DNA from: Bdellovibrionales bacterium
Lineage (GTDB): Bacteria > Bdellovibrionota > UBA1018 > CAIMNF01
Direction of reading: 5' to 3'
Assembly (NCBI GenBank): GCA_040380025.1
Contig: JBEIJY010000004.1
Coordinates: 1 to 64,000 of the forward strand
DNA length: 64,000 nt
Under the pieces are notes generated by a model. It worked only from the letters and a program-made list of their open reading frames with translations, made no database searches and had not been told where the DNA came from. Of the stretch, positions 18,885 to 29,038 are shown in pieces (the first letter of the stretch is position 1; each line of letters starts with the position of its first letter). Position numbers and translations under genes: made by a program.

Positions 18885-21559
18885 TTTTTCTTTTCCTCGA
18901 AGAATTTGCCGCAAATGCGGTCGAACTCACAATACCGGCAGGGAGCCTCGAAGGGGAGCGTTCCCTCTTCGTCCCACCCTCGGGCGCGGAGCACGCCCGA
19001 AAAGAGAATCTCTTTCGCCGCCCGAAGGCTCGCCCCCGCCCGCTCCAAAACCTCGCGAACCTCCGGACCATTTACCTCGGTCGCGTCCTTCAGGCTTTGG
19101 TTCAGCACCAACAGCTCGCGATCGTTGATCATGTGGTAGGCGAGGACGGGTGGAGTCCCTCCGCCGATCAAAAGCGAGTACAAGGCAAGCTGAAGGCTCG
19201 TGCCCTCCTCGAGCGCGCTCTTTTTGTAGCCGCCCTTTCCCCACTTGTGGTCGACAATGATCTGCGCGCCCGTAGGGGTCTTCAGAACATGATCGATCAC
19301 ACCGGTGATCGAAACGCCTTCGATTTTGTGATTGCTCTCTTTGATTTCGACCTCGGTCGCGCCCACCGTAAGGTGGTTTTTTTCGAGCAGGCGCGCGTAG
19401 GATTCGGCGGCCCGGACCACCCGGTCGCGCAAAAAAAGACGCTCGGTCGAGAGCGCGGCCTGAAACAGCGACGGCGCAAAATCGCGCGCTACTTCTGGAA
19501 ACAAATCTTCGGCCAGGGCCTTGGCACGATCGGGTATGGGCGGTGCCCCTTCTGAAAACACCTTCGCCAGAACCTCATGCGCGATGAGCCCCTTCGTACG
19601 ATCGGTATACTCGAGGGTCTCGCGATCCTCACCCCGGAGTCGCGCCGGATACTGGAGCACATACGCAAGCTCACAGCCGAGAAGTTTTTCGAGCGACGAA
19701 GCCGACTCGGCCGGTCTGAGCCCTAAGGAGTCCTTCGCGACCTTCCAATCGGGGCGCGGTCGAGAGAGGAGTTCGGGCGTCTCGGGAACCTCGATCGCTC
19801 CGATCGAGGTCAGAAACTTCATGGTCGCTTCTTCGTCCTGTTCGGTCAGTCTCACCTCGATCGCACTCAGCCAGTCTTTGCGGATCGCTTCGGGGAACAG
19901 CTCGAACCAGAGCGGATGCACGCCATCGGGGTCGCCTGAGCGGTTCAGGAGGGAATGAAAAAACACCATCTGCGACTGGGCCATCCGGACCGGCCGATGA
20001 AAGCCTTTCCCGGCCGAGACAGCACGGGCCGCATCATCGGGCCATTCGATTTTGGAAGCAAAAAGCCGTTCGATTTCGGCGCGAGAAAAAAACGCGTCAT
20101 GGGACACATGGGCCGCGGAAGAATTGAAATCCCACCAAATCACGGTCGATGCGGGAGCCGTGATGGCCTCGGGCCGCTCGACCACAAATGGGCCCCGGGC
20201 TTGCGCCGCAACTCCATTCGACGAAACTCCGTCTTCGACCGCCTCGACGAGCAGACTCAGCAGGCGCTCGCGCGTGATCCGCGGCTCCTTCAGGTTTTGC
20301 ACCAGATTCCCGAGCAGATTCGCAATCTCGATGGTTCCCCGAACCGACGCCCCGCCCTCGTTCTGATACCGTTGCTGAAACCACCGCGTGACCCGTTTCA
20401 CAATCGCAATCACATCGCCCGCGGGAATTCCGTTTTCATACGAATGAGCCGGAGCCGAGAACCACTCCTTGACGCGTGCGGCGCGATCTTCGAGCTTCTT
20501 TTTTTCTTCTTCGTCGTTGAGCTCGGTCAAGGCCTTCGAAAGCGCCTCTTCGAGGGCGAGATTCCACTTCGGGCCGCCAACCACCAGCGACTCCTCGAAC
20601 GAACCGATCAGGGCAGAGCGAAACCGTGAGCTCACCGGAGACCCTTCGATGGTCACAAGCGCGAGCGCGGCCGAAGGATCTTTCGGGTCCCACGCGAGCG
20701 TGAGCGCGAGAATGAGAATCTGAAGCGGGGGCCTCGCGTACGAGACCTCGGCATGATCGCCGCCGAAGGGAATGCCCCGAGCTTCGAAGGCGGTCTTCAG
20801 GATTCCGCGATTGCGGGGCGGGCATACGATCACAGCATTTGCCTGCTCTTCGGCCGAAAGAGAGGCCACGAATGCGGCGGCCACTCGCGCCGACTCCCAG
20901 GGGTCGCGAGCGGTGACCAGCCGGACGCTTCCGTCGCCCTTCGGTGCGATCGCCTCGTGGTGCAAGCGAGGAAGGGCCGAAAGATCGCCGGCGTTTGCGT
21001 GTGCGGGCCCGGAGTTCCAATCGCGCGATTCGATCGCGACTCCCGCCGCCCGGAGGGCCGAAAAAATCTTCCGCAGGCGGAAACTCTGCTCGGCGGAATC
21101 GCATTCGATCGTGATTCGCGAGAGTCCGCACGGGACCGGGGTTTTGGTCAGGGATTCTTCGACTTTGCGCAAGCGATCGGATTTTCCGGATTCATCGCAA
21201 AACAACGCCTCGAGCCTCGCGAGATCGGCGACCTTGGAGAGTCCCGCGACGGGTTTGCCGTCCCACCCGGAATCGATCAGGCGGTCGCGGACCGAGAGCA
21301 GTCTCTTCGATGCAGCCACCGGGTCGACCTCGAACGAGCGCGACCAGAAGCCGGGCTCCCCGTCTTTGATGGCATTCAGGTGCGCAAGCCTTCGCACCTC
21401 GGGGGCGACATCGGGCCCCTTCAGACCGAGCTGAACCTCGAGAAAATCAAGAAGGCCGATCTCCCCCACCCATCGTTCTCCGACCTGCCCGGAGCCCGGT
21501 TGAACGGGTCCGCACCAAAGGTTCGAATCATAGGCCGGCGAGAAATGAAGATGGATCAT
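18881..21559 (-). CDS. addB: AddB-like PD-(D/E)xK nuclease with Fe-S cysteines
   Basis: SASSLEKLLGC, GVID..IVDHKW, QLALY and CRYCEFDRIC; no Walker A motif. Confidence 0.8.
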   Translation of the reverse strand: MIHLHFSPAYDSNLWCGPVQPGSGQVGERWVGEIGLLDFLEVQLGLKGPDVAPEVRRLAHLNAIKDGEPGFWSRSFEVDPVAASKRLLSVRDRLIDSGWDGKPVAGLSKVADLARLEALFCDESGKSDRLRKVEESLTKTPVPCGLSRITIECDSAEQSFRLRKIFSALRAAGVAIESRDWNSGPAHANAGDLSALPRLHHEAIAPKGDGSVRLVTARDPWESARVAAAFVASLSAEEQANAVIVCPPRNRGILKTAFEARGIPFGGDHAEVSYARPPLQILILALTLAWDPKDPSAALALVTIEGSPVSSRFRSALIGSFEESLVVGGPKWNLALEEALSKALTELNDEEEKKKLEDRAARVKEWFSAPAHSYENGIPAGDVIAIVKRVTRWFQQRYQNEGGASVRGTIEIANLLGNLVQNLKEPRITRERLLSLLVEAVEDGVSSNGVAAQARGPFVVERPEAITAPASTVIWWDFNSSAAHVSHDAFFSRAEIERLFASKIEWPDDAARAVSAGKGFHRPVRMAQSQMVFFHSLLNRSGDPDGVHPLWFELFPEAIRKDWLSAIEVRLTEQDEEATMKFLTSIGAIEVPETPELLSRPRPDWKVAKDSLGLRPAESASSLEKLLGCELAYVLQYPARLRGEDRETLEYTDRTKGLIAHEVLAKVFSEGAPPIPDRAKALAEDLFPEVARDFAPSLFQAALSTERLFLRDRVVRAAESYARLLEKNHLTVGATEVEIKESNHKIEGVSITGVIDHVLKTPTGAQIIVDHKWGKGGYKKSALEEGTSLQLALYSLLIGGGTPPVLAYHMINDRELLVLNQSLKDATEVNGPEVREVLERAGASLRAAKEILFSGVLRARGWDEEGTLPFEAPCRYCEFDRICGKFFEEKKK

Positions 21560-21658
21560 GATGCGGGGAATATACCCCGAATGGTGTCCTTTTGCCTAGA
21601 TTTCGGCAGCCGGAACAAGGGCCGAGTGACCCATTATGACGCGGGAAAGTCGAAATCG

Positions 21659-21916
21659 CTACTGGGACTGGATTACACCCCTGCAAATTCCGTTTGCAAG
21701 GCAGGTGACCGGTCCGATCGAGGCGGTCCCATTTGCATTGATCGTAGCGGTCCCTCGCAGGACTCCCGCACCCCCGACTACACCGGCAGCTCCCACCATG
21801 CCCGTTGCCGGCGTAGCTTGCTCTTGGGTTGCTTGGGGCTTTTTTGTGCACGAAACCATGATTTGCCCACATGCGCCGATCAAAATCACGATCATTGCCC
21901 TTCGCAGGTTTTTCAT
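21659..21916 (-). CDS. Small lipoprotein
   Basis: GAGGAGG RBS; MKNLRR-hydrophobic stretch-VSC. Confidence 0.55.
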   Translation of the reverse strand: MKNLRRAMIVILIGACGQIMVSCTKKPQATQEQATPATGMVGAAGVVGGAGVLRGTATINANGTASIGPVTCLANGICRGVIQSQ

Positions 21917-22141
21917 TCCCGCCTCCTCATTGGGCCGCATTGCAAAGGTCGGTGAAGTTTTTGTTTTTCAAGGTTGCGCTGAGGCTGTTCAAAAATGAAA
22001 TCGCGGCTACAGCTGCGGACTTTGTCGCAAAATATTGTCGGATTCGGTTACGATTTTCTATTTCGGCCCTTTGGGCTTGGGTCGCATTCAAGGGAACACT
22101 CGCCCATTCAATACTTGAAGATATTCCAAAATCAGGTCCAC

Positions 22142-22927
22142 TTAGGCCCCATTGTGAAAGTTGCAAATTCCCTTGATTGTTTGCAAGGTAGTCGTGATCT
22201 TGGCTTCAGTGTCAATGTCGGCGTCACTGATCGGACCGCCACCATTATTCGAAATTGTGACGGGATCCATGGTCTGCAATTCCTGAATTTTGGATGAAAC
22301 CACATCGGATATCTTCCTGTTCAAATCTCCACACGAGTGGCCTCCATCGCTCCTATTAAAATGCAGATAAATATTGGCATTGGTTCGACGAATTGTGCCC
22401 CCATTGAAGTTGGGATCATTCACATTCCATGTCTTTTTGATCTGTACCCGAAGAGACTTTGCTAGGGTGGCCGGGGCACAATCATCGTGCTCGGCAATGA
22501 TCCAGAAAGTCTTGTCGTTCACGGTGAGTCGCAGTTCTGAATTCACGGAGTCTCCGGGACCATACAGTCCATACTCCTCGAGCTCTTGCTTTCCCCGTGT
22601 ATTCCCTGCCGGAACAGACCCGTAGGTCGAACTGACCGCATACATCTGGGTATTCAGGGGTGCGCCGACAGGCAAAACCTGGCCTGCATCGGTACTGACC
22701 ACCCCGCCAGTAAGAACATCAAGCCGATTCAAGCTCGCGTAGGCGTCGACCCCATTGAAGTAATCAAAAAACAAAGTGTGCATAGACCGAAACTTATTGA
22801 TGCAATCCTGGCTGTTTGTTCTGAGAGTCAGGCCCGGGGTAGGAAGAAAATCAGGGTGAGCCTGCCTCGGCGAGAGACACAAAACAATCGCGACCAATAT
22901 CGGTACCAGTTTTCCTGCTCTGATCAT
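22142..22927 (-). CDS. Hypothetical secreted protein, possibly frameshifted into 21927-22166
   Basis: AAGGA RBS and signal-peptide-like N-terminus; overlapping downstream ORF in another frame. Confidence 0.55.
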   Translation of the reverse strand: MIRAGKLVPILVAIVLCLSPRQAHPDFLPTPGLTLRTNSQDCINKFRSMHTLFFDYFNGVDAYASLNRLDVLTGGVVSTDAGQVLPVGAPLNTQMYAVSSTYGSVPAGNTRGKQELEEYGLYGPGDSVNSELRLTVNDKTFWIIAEHDDCAPATLAKSLRVQIKKTWNVNDPNFNGGTIRRTNANIYLHFNRSDGGHSCGDLNRKISDVVSSKIQELQTMDPVTISNNGGGPISDADIDTEAKITTTLQTIKGICNFHNGA

Positions 22928-23035
22928 TATACGAATTCCTTCTTTACTGTTCGGAAAATCCATAAAAAACTTAACGCCAATAAAATCGACCTGCCGGCGT
23001 CTGCCCGTGGCCCCCCGCTTGCATCTCCCCTTGGC

Positions 23036-23290
23036 ATGCACCATCACCCCTGGATCGAAATTGTGGCCGATTTGATCGCAAATGCCTTGGACGTGTTGAC
23101 ACTCGAGGAAGTGCTCGAGATTTTCGACGACCTCGAGCAGACCTACCCCGAGCTTCCCGAGGGTTCGTTATCTGAACTCTTGTTCGAATTCGAAACATTG
23201 CCGGTCTTCACCCGGATCGCACCGGGCTTCGACGAGACGGGATTTGTTCTCGCGTGGGGAAAAAAACGGGGCATCCCTTTGGGTTTTTGA
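23036..23290 (+). CDS. Hypothetical acidic protein
   Basis: 84-aa ORF filling the gap, with host-like codon pattern. Confidence 0.45.
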   Translation: MHHHPWIEIVADLIANALDVLTLEEVLEIFDDLEQTYPELPEGSLSELLFEFETLPVFTRIAPGFDETGFVLAWGKKRGIPLGF

Positions 23291-23315
23291 CATCTGGCGA
23301 GAAATACTGACTTCT

Positions 23316-23774
23316 CTAGGACGAACGTTCCACCCTCTTCCGCCGCACGTACAGCACCTTCTCGATCTCGGCGACCACGGCGCCCGACTCATCGAGGACC
23401 TGCACCCGGAACTCGGGCTCGATCTTGGCGTTCTGATCTGCGCTAGCGCGAATCGATTCGATTTGCTCGCGCTCGAGCCGAAAGTGCGCGCGCACGGTTC
23501 CCCGTCCGGGTCGCTTGAACCGGATCGTCGCGGCCTTGTCCCACACGATGTAGTCCTTGCCGAGATTCTCGATCAGCATGAGCATCAAAAACGGATCGGC
23601 CATCGCGTACAGCGAGCCGCCAAAATGGGTCCCGACGTAATTCCGGTTCCAGAACCGTAGCCGCATCTCGACGCTCACCGAAGTGAAGTCAGGCGCGATG
23701 TGCGTGACCCGAACGCCCGCCCCGAGATAGGGCGGCCAAAAGCTCATGAGTCTCAGGAGCGTCGATTTCTTCAT
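23316..23774 (-). CDS. DUF4442 hotdog-fold thioesterase-like protein
   Basis: WPPYLGAG, NRNYVGTHFGGSLY and VWDKAATIRF. Confidence 0.9.
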   Translation of the reverse strand: MKKSTLLRLMSFWPPYLGAGVRVTHIAPDFTSVSVEMRLRFWNRNYVGTHFGGSLYAMADPFLMLMLIENLGKDYIVWDKAATIRFKRPGRGTVRAHFRLEREQIESIRASADQNAKIEPEFRVQVLDESGAVVAEIEKVLYVRRKRVERSS

Positions 23775-24934
23775 GATCCGGATCCCCAGAACTTCCGGTT
23801 CTTGAGTCCGTCCGGAAGCTCCCCGAGCTTCACCGGCAGAGCCCCCGTCGCCCGCACCTCGGCAAGCGCGGCTTCGATCGCGTTGTACACGCCGCGATCT
23901 TTTCGGGCGAGGGCAAGCGAGATCGCCGCTTGCGCCAGATTGATTCTCGCCTCGGGGAGCCCCACCGTTTCGAGGGCTTCTTTTGCGGCGACCGCCACCA
24001 AAAGCGCGCGGGGATCGGCATTCCCTACGTCCTCGCTTGCAAAGATGATCATCCGGCGCGCGAGGAACATCGGGTCCTCGCCCCCTTCGAGCATCCGGGC
24101 CAGATAGTACACGGCCGCATCGGGATTCGAGGCGCGCATCGATTTGATGAACGCCGAAATTGTCTGGTAGTGGTGGTCGGAGGCCTTATCGTAGGGAATC
24201 ACGCGGTCGCCGATTCGCGAAAGGAGTTCCTGCGTCGCCGCTTCGTCGAACTCCTCGCGCGCAGGATCAAGCAGAACCACCGAATCCAGTAGAGTCAGAA
24301 GCCTTCGCGCATCCCCTTCGGCCTGGCGGATCAGCAGATCGCGGGCGTTCCCGTCAAAGCGGATCTTTTTTTGGAATCCATTTTCGTGCGAGAGCGCGCG
24401 CTCGAACACGAGGTTCAGATCCTCATCCCGGAGGCGCTCGAGCCGCACCACACGAAGCCGCGACAACAGCGCCGCATTCACCTCGAACGAGGGGTTCTCG
24501 GTCGTGGCGCCGATCAGTGTAAAGAGCCCGCTTTCGACATGAGGGAGCAGACTGTCCTGCTGGCTTTTGTTCAGGCGGTGAATCTCGTCAAAGAACAGCA
24601 CTGTCTTACGGCCAAGATGCCGATACTTACGTGCCTGATCGGCGGCCTCTTTGATGTCCTTCACCCCGGCGCTGACGGCCGAGAGCGGCAGAAACGCCTC
24701 TTTCAGCTCTTCTGCGATCAGGTTCGCAAGCGTGGTTTTGCCGACACCGGGCGGGCCCCAAAGCAGAATCGAAGGAAATCGCCCGCTCTTCAGCCACGAG
24801 CGGACCAAGCCCCGCTCGCCCAGGACCTTCTCATGTCCGACCCACTCTTCGAGCTTTTGCGGCCGGAGACGATGGGCAAGAGGCTCGACAGGGAGCTTCG
24901 CGGGAAACCCGGAGGCGGACTCGAACAGATCCAT
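23771..24934 (-). CDS. rarA: Replication-associated recombination protein A (MgsA)
   Basis: PLAHRLRP, WGPPGVGKTT, DEIHR, ATTENPSF and ASEDVGNAD. Confidence 0.93.
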   Translation of the reverse strand: MDLFESASGFPAKLPVEPLAHRLRPQKLEEWVGHEKVLGERGLVRSWLKSGRFPSILLWGPPGVGKTTLANLIAEELKEAFLPLSAVSAGVKDIKEAADQARKYRHLGRKTVLFFDEIHRLNKSQQDSLLPHVESGLFTLIGATTENPSFEVNAALLSRLRVVRLERLRDEDLNLVFERALSHENGFQKKIRFDGNARDLLIRQAEGDARRLLTLLDSVVLLDPAREEFDEAATQELLSRIGDRVIPYDKASDHHYQTISAFIKSMRASNPDAAVYYLARMLEGGEDPMFLARRMIIFASEDVGNADPRALLVAVAAKEALETVGLPEARINLAQAAISLALARKDRGVYNAIEAALAEVRATGALPVKLGELPDGLKNRKFWGSGS

Positions 24935-26526
24935 TACATTTTGCCGTGCTTTTCAGAAGAAGGATACGAGACCTCGCTCGAGCTCGCCGAACGGGACTTC
25001 CGGCGCAGCCGGAACTTCCGGTAGCGATGGCGCTTCGGATACACCGGGTCGAGCAGATCGAGATTCTTCAGCGACGCGATCGAGCGCACGAAGTCGCTCG
25101 GGATCGGAAGCTCCACGAGGGCACCCGGCATGAACGACATGTTCGCCGACTTGATGTCGTTCATGTCCAAAAGCGGGTCATGACTGATTCCGAAGCGCTT
25201 TGCGACCTTCTTCGGGGTATCGCCGCGACGGGCCTTGTACACGAGGAAGTTCACCTCGCGCTGAAACGAAGAATCGAAGTACTTCTTCATGAAGGCATCT
25301 TTGTGGCTGAGCGGAAGCCGGACCTTGTAGCTCTTCTGATCGGGCGGGGTCACCCAGCGCGTGAGCTCGGGGTTCATCGACTTGAACTCCACGTAGGTCA
25401 GACCGGCGGCGCTCGCAACCTTGAACAAATCCGCCGGAGACGGGATCTCGACTTCGGTCAGAATGTCTCCATTCACCTCGCCGTGACGGTTCACGTGCGG
25501 GGTGCGGATCGGGTTCGACATCGACCGAAGCAACGTCTCCATCGAGTCGGTGGCCAGAGTGGAGGCTTCTTCGGGATCGGCCGGGGTATCGCGGGTCACC
25601 TCGACGATCGGGTCGGCCGGAAATCCCGATTTCGACCCCTCCTCGGCCTTGTCTGAATCGAGCTGATCGGGAAGGCGCTCGAGCCCGTCGTTTTCTTCGG
25701 CCTTGGCCGCAACAATCGCCGCATTCACCGAGTCGAGCTTGGTGTAACTCTCTTCGAATCCGAACTGCTTCCGGTTCTTGCCGATGATCGCCGCTGCAAA
25801 GAGCTTCGGCACGTAATTCTTGGTCTCGGGCTTCAGGTACTTGCGCTTGGGGTCGCAGAGCTCCCAGAAATTGTTCGTCCGGTATTTCGCGATCGCGCGC
25901 TGGATCTTTGACTCACCCGCATTGTAACCCGCGGCGGCCAGATGCCAGCTCCCGAACATGGAATTCAGATCCTTCAGGTATTGGATGGCGGCGATCGTGG
26001 ACTTCTCGACATCGCGTCGTTCGTCGATCCACCAATTCACATCGAGACCGTAGCGGCGCCCCGTGGCCGAAATGAATTGCCAGGCTCCGACGGCGCGGGC
26101 ACCCGAGCGGGCGTTGTTATTGAATCCGCTCTCGATCATGGCGAGGTACACGAGGTCTTCGGGCGCCTTGGCGTTTCGCAGAATGGGCTTGATGAACGGA
26201 ATGAAGTACTCAGACCGCTCGAGATACCGTTCGAAGTGCTTGCGTCCCTTGCCCGTGAAGTAGTCGATCCACTTCTCGACGGACTTGTTCATCTCGATCG
26301 GAAGATCGAAGGTGGCGTTCTGGATCTTCATGCCGCGATATTCGAGATTCTCGACGCGGATCTTTCCGGTCTCGGTCGATAGCACCACCACCTCTTCGAC
26401 CGGAATGGTGCTGGAAGTCCGGATGGTGCCGTCCTTTCCGGGGGTGCTCGCGCATCCGGCAAGAATCAAAACGAAGGCAAGACCAGAACTGTTCGAAAAA
26501 AGGGCTTTCTTGGAATTCACGTGCAA
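24934..26526 (-). CDS. mltD: MltD-like lytic transglycosylase lipoprotein with LysM
   Basis: LAGC lipobox; IESG, AVGAWQFI, YNAG and ETKNYVPK; LysM-like C-terminus. Confidence 0.85.
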   Translation of the reverse strand: MHVNSKKALFSNSSGLAFVLILAGCASTPGKDGTIRTSSTIPVEEVVVLSTETGKIRVENLEYRGMKIQNATFDLPIEMNKSVEKWIDYFTGKGRKHFERYLERSEYFIPFIKPILRNAKAPEDLVYLAMIESGFNNNARSGARAVGAWQFISATGRRYGLDVNWWIDERRDVEKSTIAAIQYLKDLNSMFGSWHLAAAGYNAGESKIQRAIAKYRTNNFWELCDPKRKYLKPETKNYVPKLFAAAIIGKNRKQFGFEESYTKLDSVNAAIVAAKAEENDGLERLPDQLDSDKAEEGSKSGFPADPIVEVTRDTPADPEEASTLATDSMETLLRSMSNPIRTPHVNRHGEVNGDILTEVEIPSPADLFKVASAAGLTYVEFKSMNPELTRWVTPPDQKSYKVRLPLSHKDAFMKKYFDSSFQREVNFLVYKARRGDTPKKVAKRFGISHDPLLDMNDIKSANMSFMPGALVELPIPSDFVRSIASLKNLDLLDPVYPKRHRYRKFRLRRKSRSASSSEVSYPSSEKHGKM

Positions 26527-26664
26527 CTCCCTTGTCTTTCATCACCCAAAATCAGTTGAGGGCGCAGTAAAATAGTAACGACGAAAGAGGCTTCCGGCTA
26601 GCCGAATTTGCCAAAAGAATCTTGCGCTTCGCCAAATTTATGACAAAGCGTCAAGAATGCGAAA

Positions 26665-27111
26665 TCAATGGAGTTGATCGGGTGCGAAGCGTTTCAGAAA
26701 TTGCACGATCGATTTCTCGAGCTCTTCATCGGCAGGAAACACCTCTTCGACCTGGGTGTGTCTCATCAAAAAAGAGCCGATCTCGCGCGCGACATTTTTG
26801 ATCGGCAGTTGGTAATAAAGTCCCGACACCGCGTTCTCGCCGAGTTTCGACATCAGCACCGACTTTGCCGCCCGATACTGGTCGTTCTCGGTGTACCCGG
26901 TTTCTCCGAGCTCCTCGGACTTCAGTCCGAGCTGGGCGATCACCCGCTCGCGAATGTCCTCGTCGGTGAACACCACGGGCTCGAGTTTCAGGAACAGATC
27001 CTGATAGACCATCTGGCGATTCCGCGGATTCAGAGCGATGGCCTGATCCTGCTCGAGACGGGAAACCACCGCCTTCGCAAGGGCCTTGATATGTTCCTTT
27101 TTGGTTGTCAT
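26665..27111 (-). CDS. DUF507-like protein
   Basis: KEHIKALAKAVVSRL N-terminus and acidic helices resemble DUF507. Confidence 0.55.
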   Translation of the reverse strand: MTTKKEHIKALAKAVVSRLEQDQAIALNPRNRQMVYQDLFLKLEPVVFTDEDIRERVIAQLGLKSEELGETGYTENDQYRAAKSVLMSKLGENAVSGLYYQLPIKNVAREIGSFLMRHTQVEEVFPADEELEKSIVQFLKRFAPDQLH

Positions 27112-27115
27112 TCGG

Positions 27116-28738
27116 TTACGTTCCTCGCCTCCATCTTCGCTTGATCATTTCAGCGATTTCAAGAGTTTCTTTGAGTCCAAGCCAAATACATGAAGAATAA
27201 TAGACCGAAATACCGGCCACTACCCCGGCGCCCACCCGGACGGGACGGAACCAGAACGGATTCGCGGGCTGGAGCGGAAGAAGCAAATACCGGTCGAGTG
27301 CGTACACCACCGCGCCCATCAGGAGCGAGAGCGCGAGGTATGCGAAGCAGGAACGGAGCAAGGCCCGATCCTCGAAGTCGGCTCCGCTCGCCCGGATTTT
27401 TTTCGAGAGCAACCACCAAAGGAGGCCCGAGTTCAGGATCGCCGTGATCGAAGTTCCGAGAGCGAGGCCCGCGAAGCCCAAGGTCTTCACAAAAAGAAAA
27501 TTGAACCCCAGATTCGAGAGCACCGAAAAAAAGCTCGAGAAGACCGCAAAGCGGGTCTCGCCCACGGCATAGCAAACCGGCACCAGCACTTTTACCACCG
27601 AATACGCCGTGAGCCCGACGGCGTAGGCCGCGAGTGCTTGCGCGGTCGCCATTGTGTCATCCGGACCGAAGCGCCCGTGCTCGAAGATCAGCGAAATGAT
27701 CGGAACGCCCAAAAAGGCGAGCCCCGCCGAGGCCGGAAAATTGATCGCGAACACTCTTCTGACCGATTGTCCGAGAGTGCCCGAGGCACCCGAGAAATCC
27801 TGCGCAGTCCATCGGGCACTGAAGGCCGGAAGAGTCGCGGCGGCGAGGGACACGCCGAAAATCCCGATCGGAAACTGCATCAGCCGGAACGCATAGTTCA
27901 GCCACGAAACCGCGCCCTCGCCGACCGAGGTGGCAAAGATGCTGTTCACGAGAATATTGATCTGAGTCGCCGCAAGCCCCACCGTGCCCGGAATCATCAG
28001 AAGCATCATCCGCCGGAGCCCCGGATCGGACAGCGCCGGCGAAGAAAGAGGCCGGGACCAGGCAGGACGATAGCCCTGCTTCAACAGCACCGGCCACTGG
28101 ACCAGCGCTTGAACAAACCCGCCCGCGATCACGCCGTAGGCCATGCCCTCGATGGGTTCGAATCCGAACGCCGGAAACACCTTTGCCAGGGCCACGCCGA
28201 CCGTGATCGAAACCAGATTGAACAGGGCCGAGGCGAACGAGGGAATGAAGAATTTTCCGCACGCGTTCAAAATCGCCATGAATGCGGCCGCGAGCGCCAC
28301 CAGCGGAAAAAACGGCATCATCGTCCGGGTCATCGAGACCGTGAGTTCGAACTTGCCGGGAACCTCACGAAATGCGCCGGCGTAGAGCGCGACCATGGGT
28401 CCTGCGAACACCATGCCGGTCACCGCAAGAACCGTCACCACCGCGAAGAGCACGACAAAAACCCGCGTTGCGAGTTGCCACCCGCGAAGGTCGCCCTCTT
28501 CCTTGCGGATCCGGATGAAGGTGGGAACCAGGGCAGCGCTCATCGCGCCCTCGGCAAAAAGGTCACGCAGGAGATTCGGGATCCGGAAGGCGATCTGATA
28601 GGCATCGGTCGCATTCGAGGCGCCGAACATCGCGGCGAAGACCTGTTCGCGGACGAGCCCGAGGATGCGGCTCAAAAAAACCGCAATCCCCATGACTCCT
28701 GCGGACCTCAAAACCGACTTTTGCGGAGAATCTGTCAT
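27116..28738 (-). CDS. murJ: Lipid II flippase MurJ
   Basis: SRILGLVRE, AFRIPNLLRDLFAEGA and RLMQFPIG. Confidence 0.96.
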   Translation of the reverse strand: MTDSPQKSVLRSAGVMGIAVFLSRILGLVREQVFAAMFGASNATDAYQIAFRIPNLLRDLFAEGAMSAALVPTFIRIRKEEGDLRGWQLATRVFVVLFAVVTVLAVTGMVFAGPMVALYAGAFREVPGKFELTVSMTRTMMPFFPLVALAAAFMAILNACGKFFIPSFASALFNLVSITVGVALAKVFPAFGFEPIEGMAYGVIAGGFVQALVQWPVLLKQGYRPAWSRPLSSPALSDPGLRRMMLLMIPGTVGLAATQINILVNSIFATSVGEGAVSWLNYAFRLMQFPIGIFGVSLAAATLPAFSARWTAQDFSGASGTLGQSVRRVFAINFPASAGLAFLGVPIISLIFEHGRFGPDDTMATAQALAAYAVGLTAYSVVKVLVPVCYAVGETRFAVFSSFFSVLSNLGFNFLFVKTLGFAGLALGTSITAILNSGLLWWLLSKKIRASGADFEDRALLRSCFAYLALSLLMGAVVYALDRYLLLPLQPANPFWFRPVRVGAGVVAGISVYYSSCIWLGLKETLEIAEMIKRRWRRGT

Positions 28739-28741
28739 TCG

Positions 28742-29038
28742 TCAGGCAGGAAAGGTTTTTTCGAGCCAGCGGGTGATGCCCTCTTCGATCTTGCCCTTGA
28801 AGGCCGAGGCCAGAAGACTCAATGAAACATCGACCGAGAGGGATCCCTCTTTGGCGGTCAGCGTACCGCTCGCCATCGAGGACTTGAAGCTCACTTTTTT
28901 TGATCCCTGATCCCGGATCACCTCGACCTTGCCGATCGGAGTCTTCGAAAGAAACCGGTCGATGTCGGTCGCGATCGCACCGTAAATCACATCCGAATTC
29001 TTGCCCGGAACGGTAAAGGTTTTCGAGAAGCTAGCCAT
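28742..29038 (-). CDS. Polyhydroxyalkanoic-acid-system (PHA_gran_rgn)-like small protein
   Basis: SGTLT..LSVDVSLSLLASAFKGKIEEGI pattern; GGAG RBS. Confidence 0.55.
   Translation of the reverse strand: MASFSKTFTVPGKNSDVIYGAIATDIDRFLSKTPIGKVEVIRDQGSKKVSFKSSMASGTLTAKEGSLSVDVSLSLLASAFKGKIEEGITRWLEKTFPA

Noticed and set aside
21637..21652. Third WYL operator upstream of addB (TGAC-N8-GTCG)
   Set aside because: Spacing and one half-site differ from the twin sites; likely chance.
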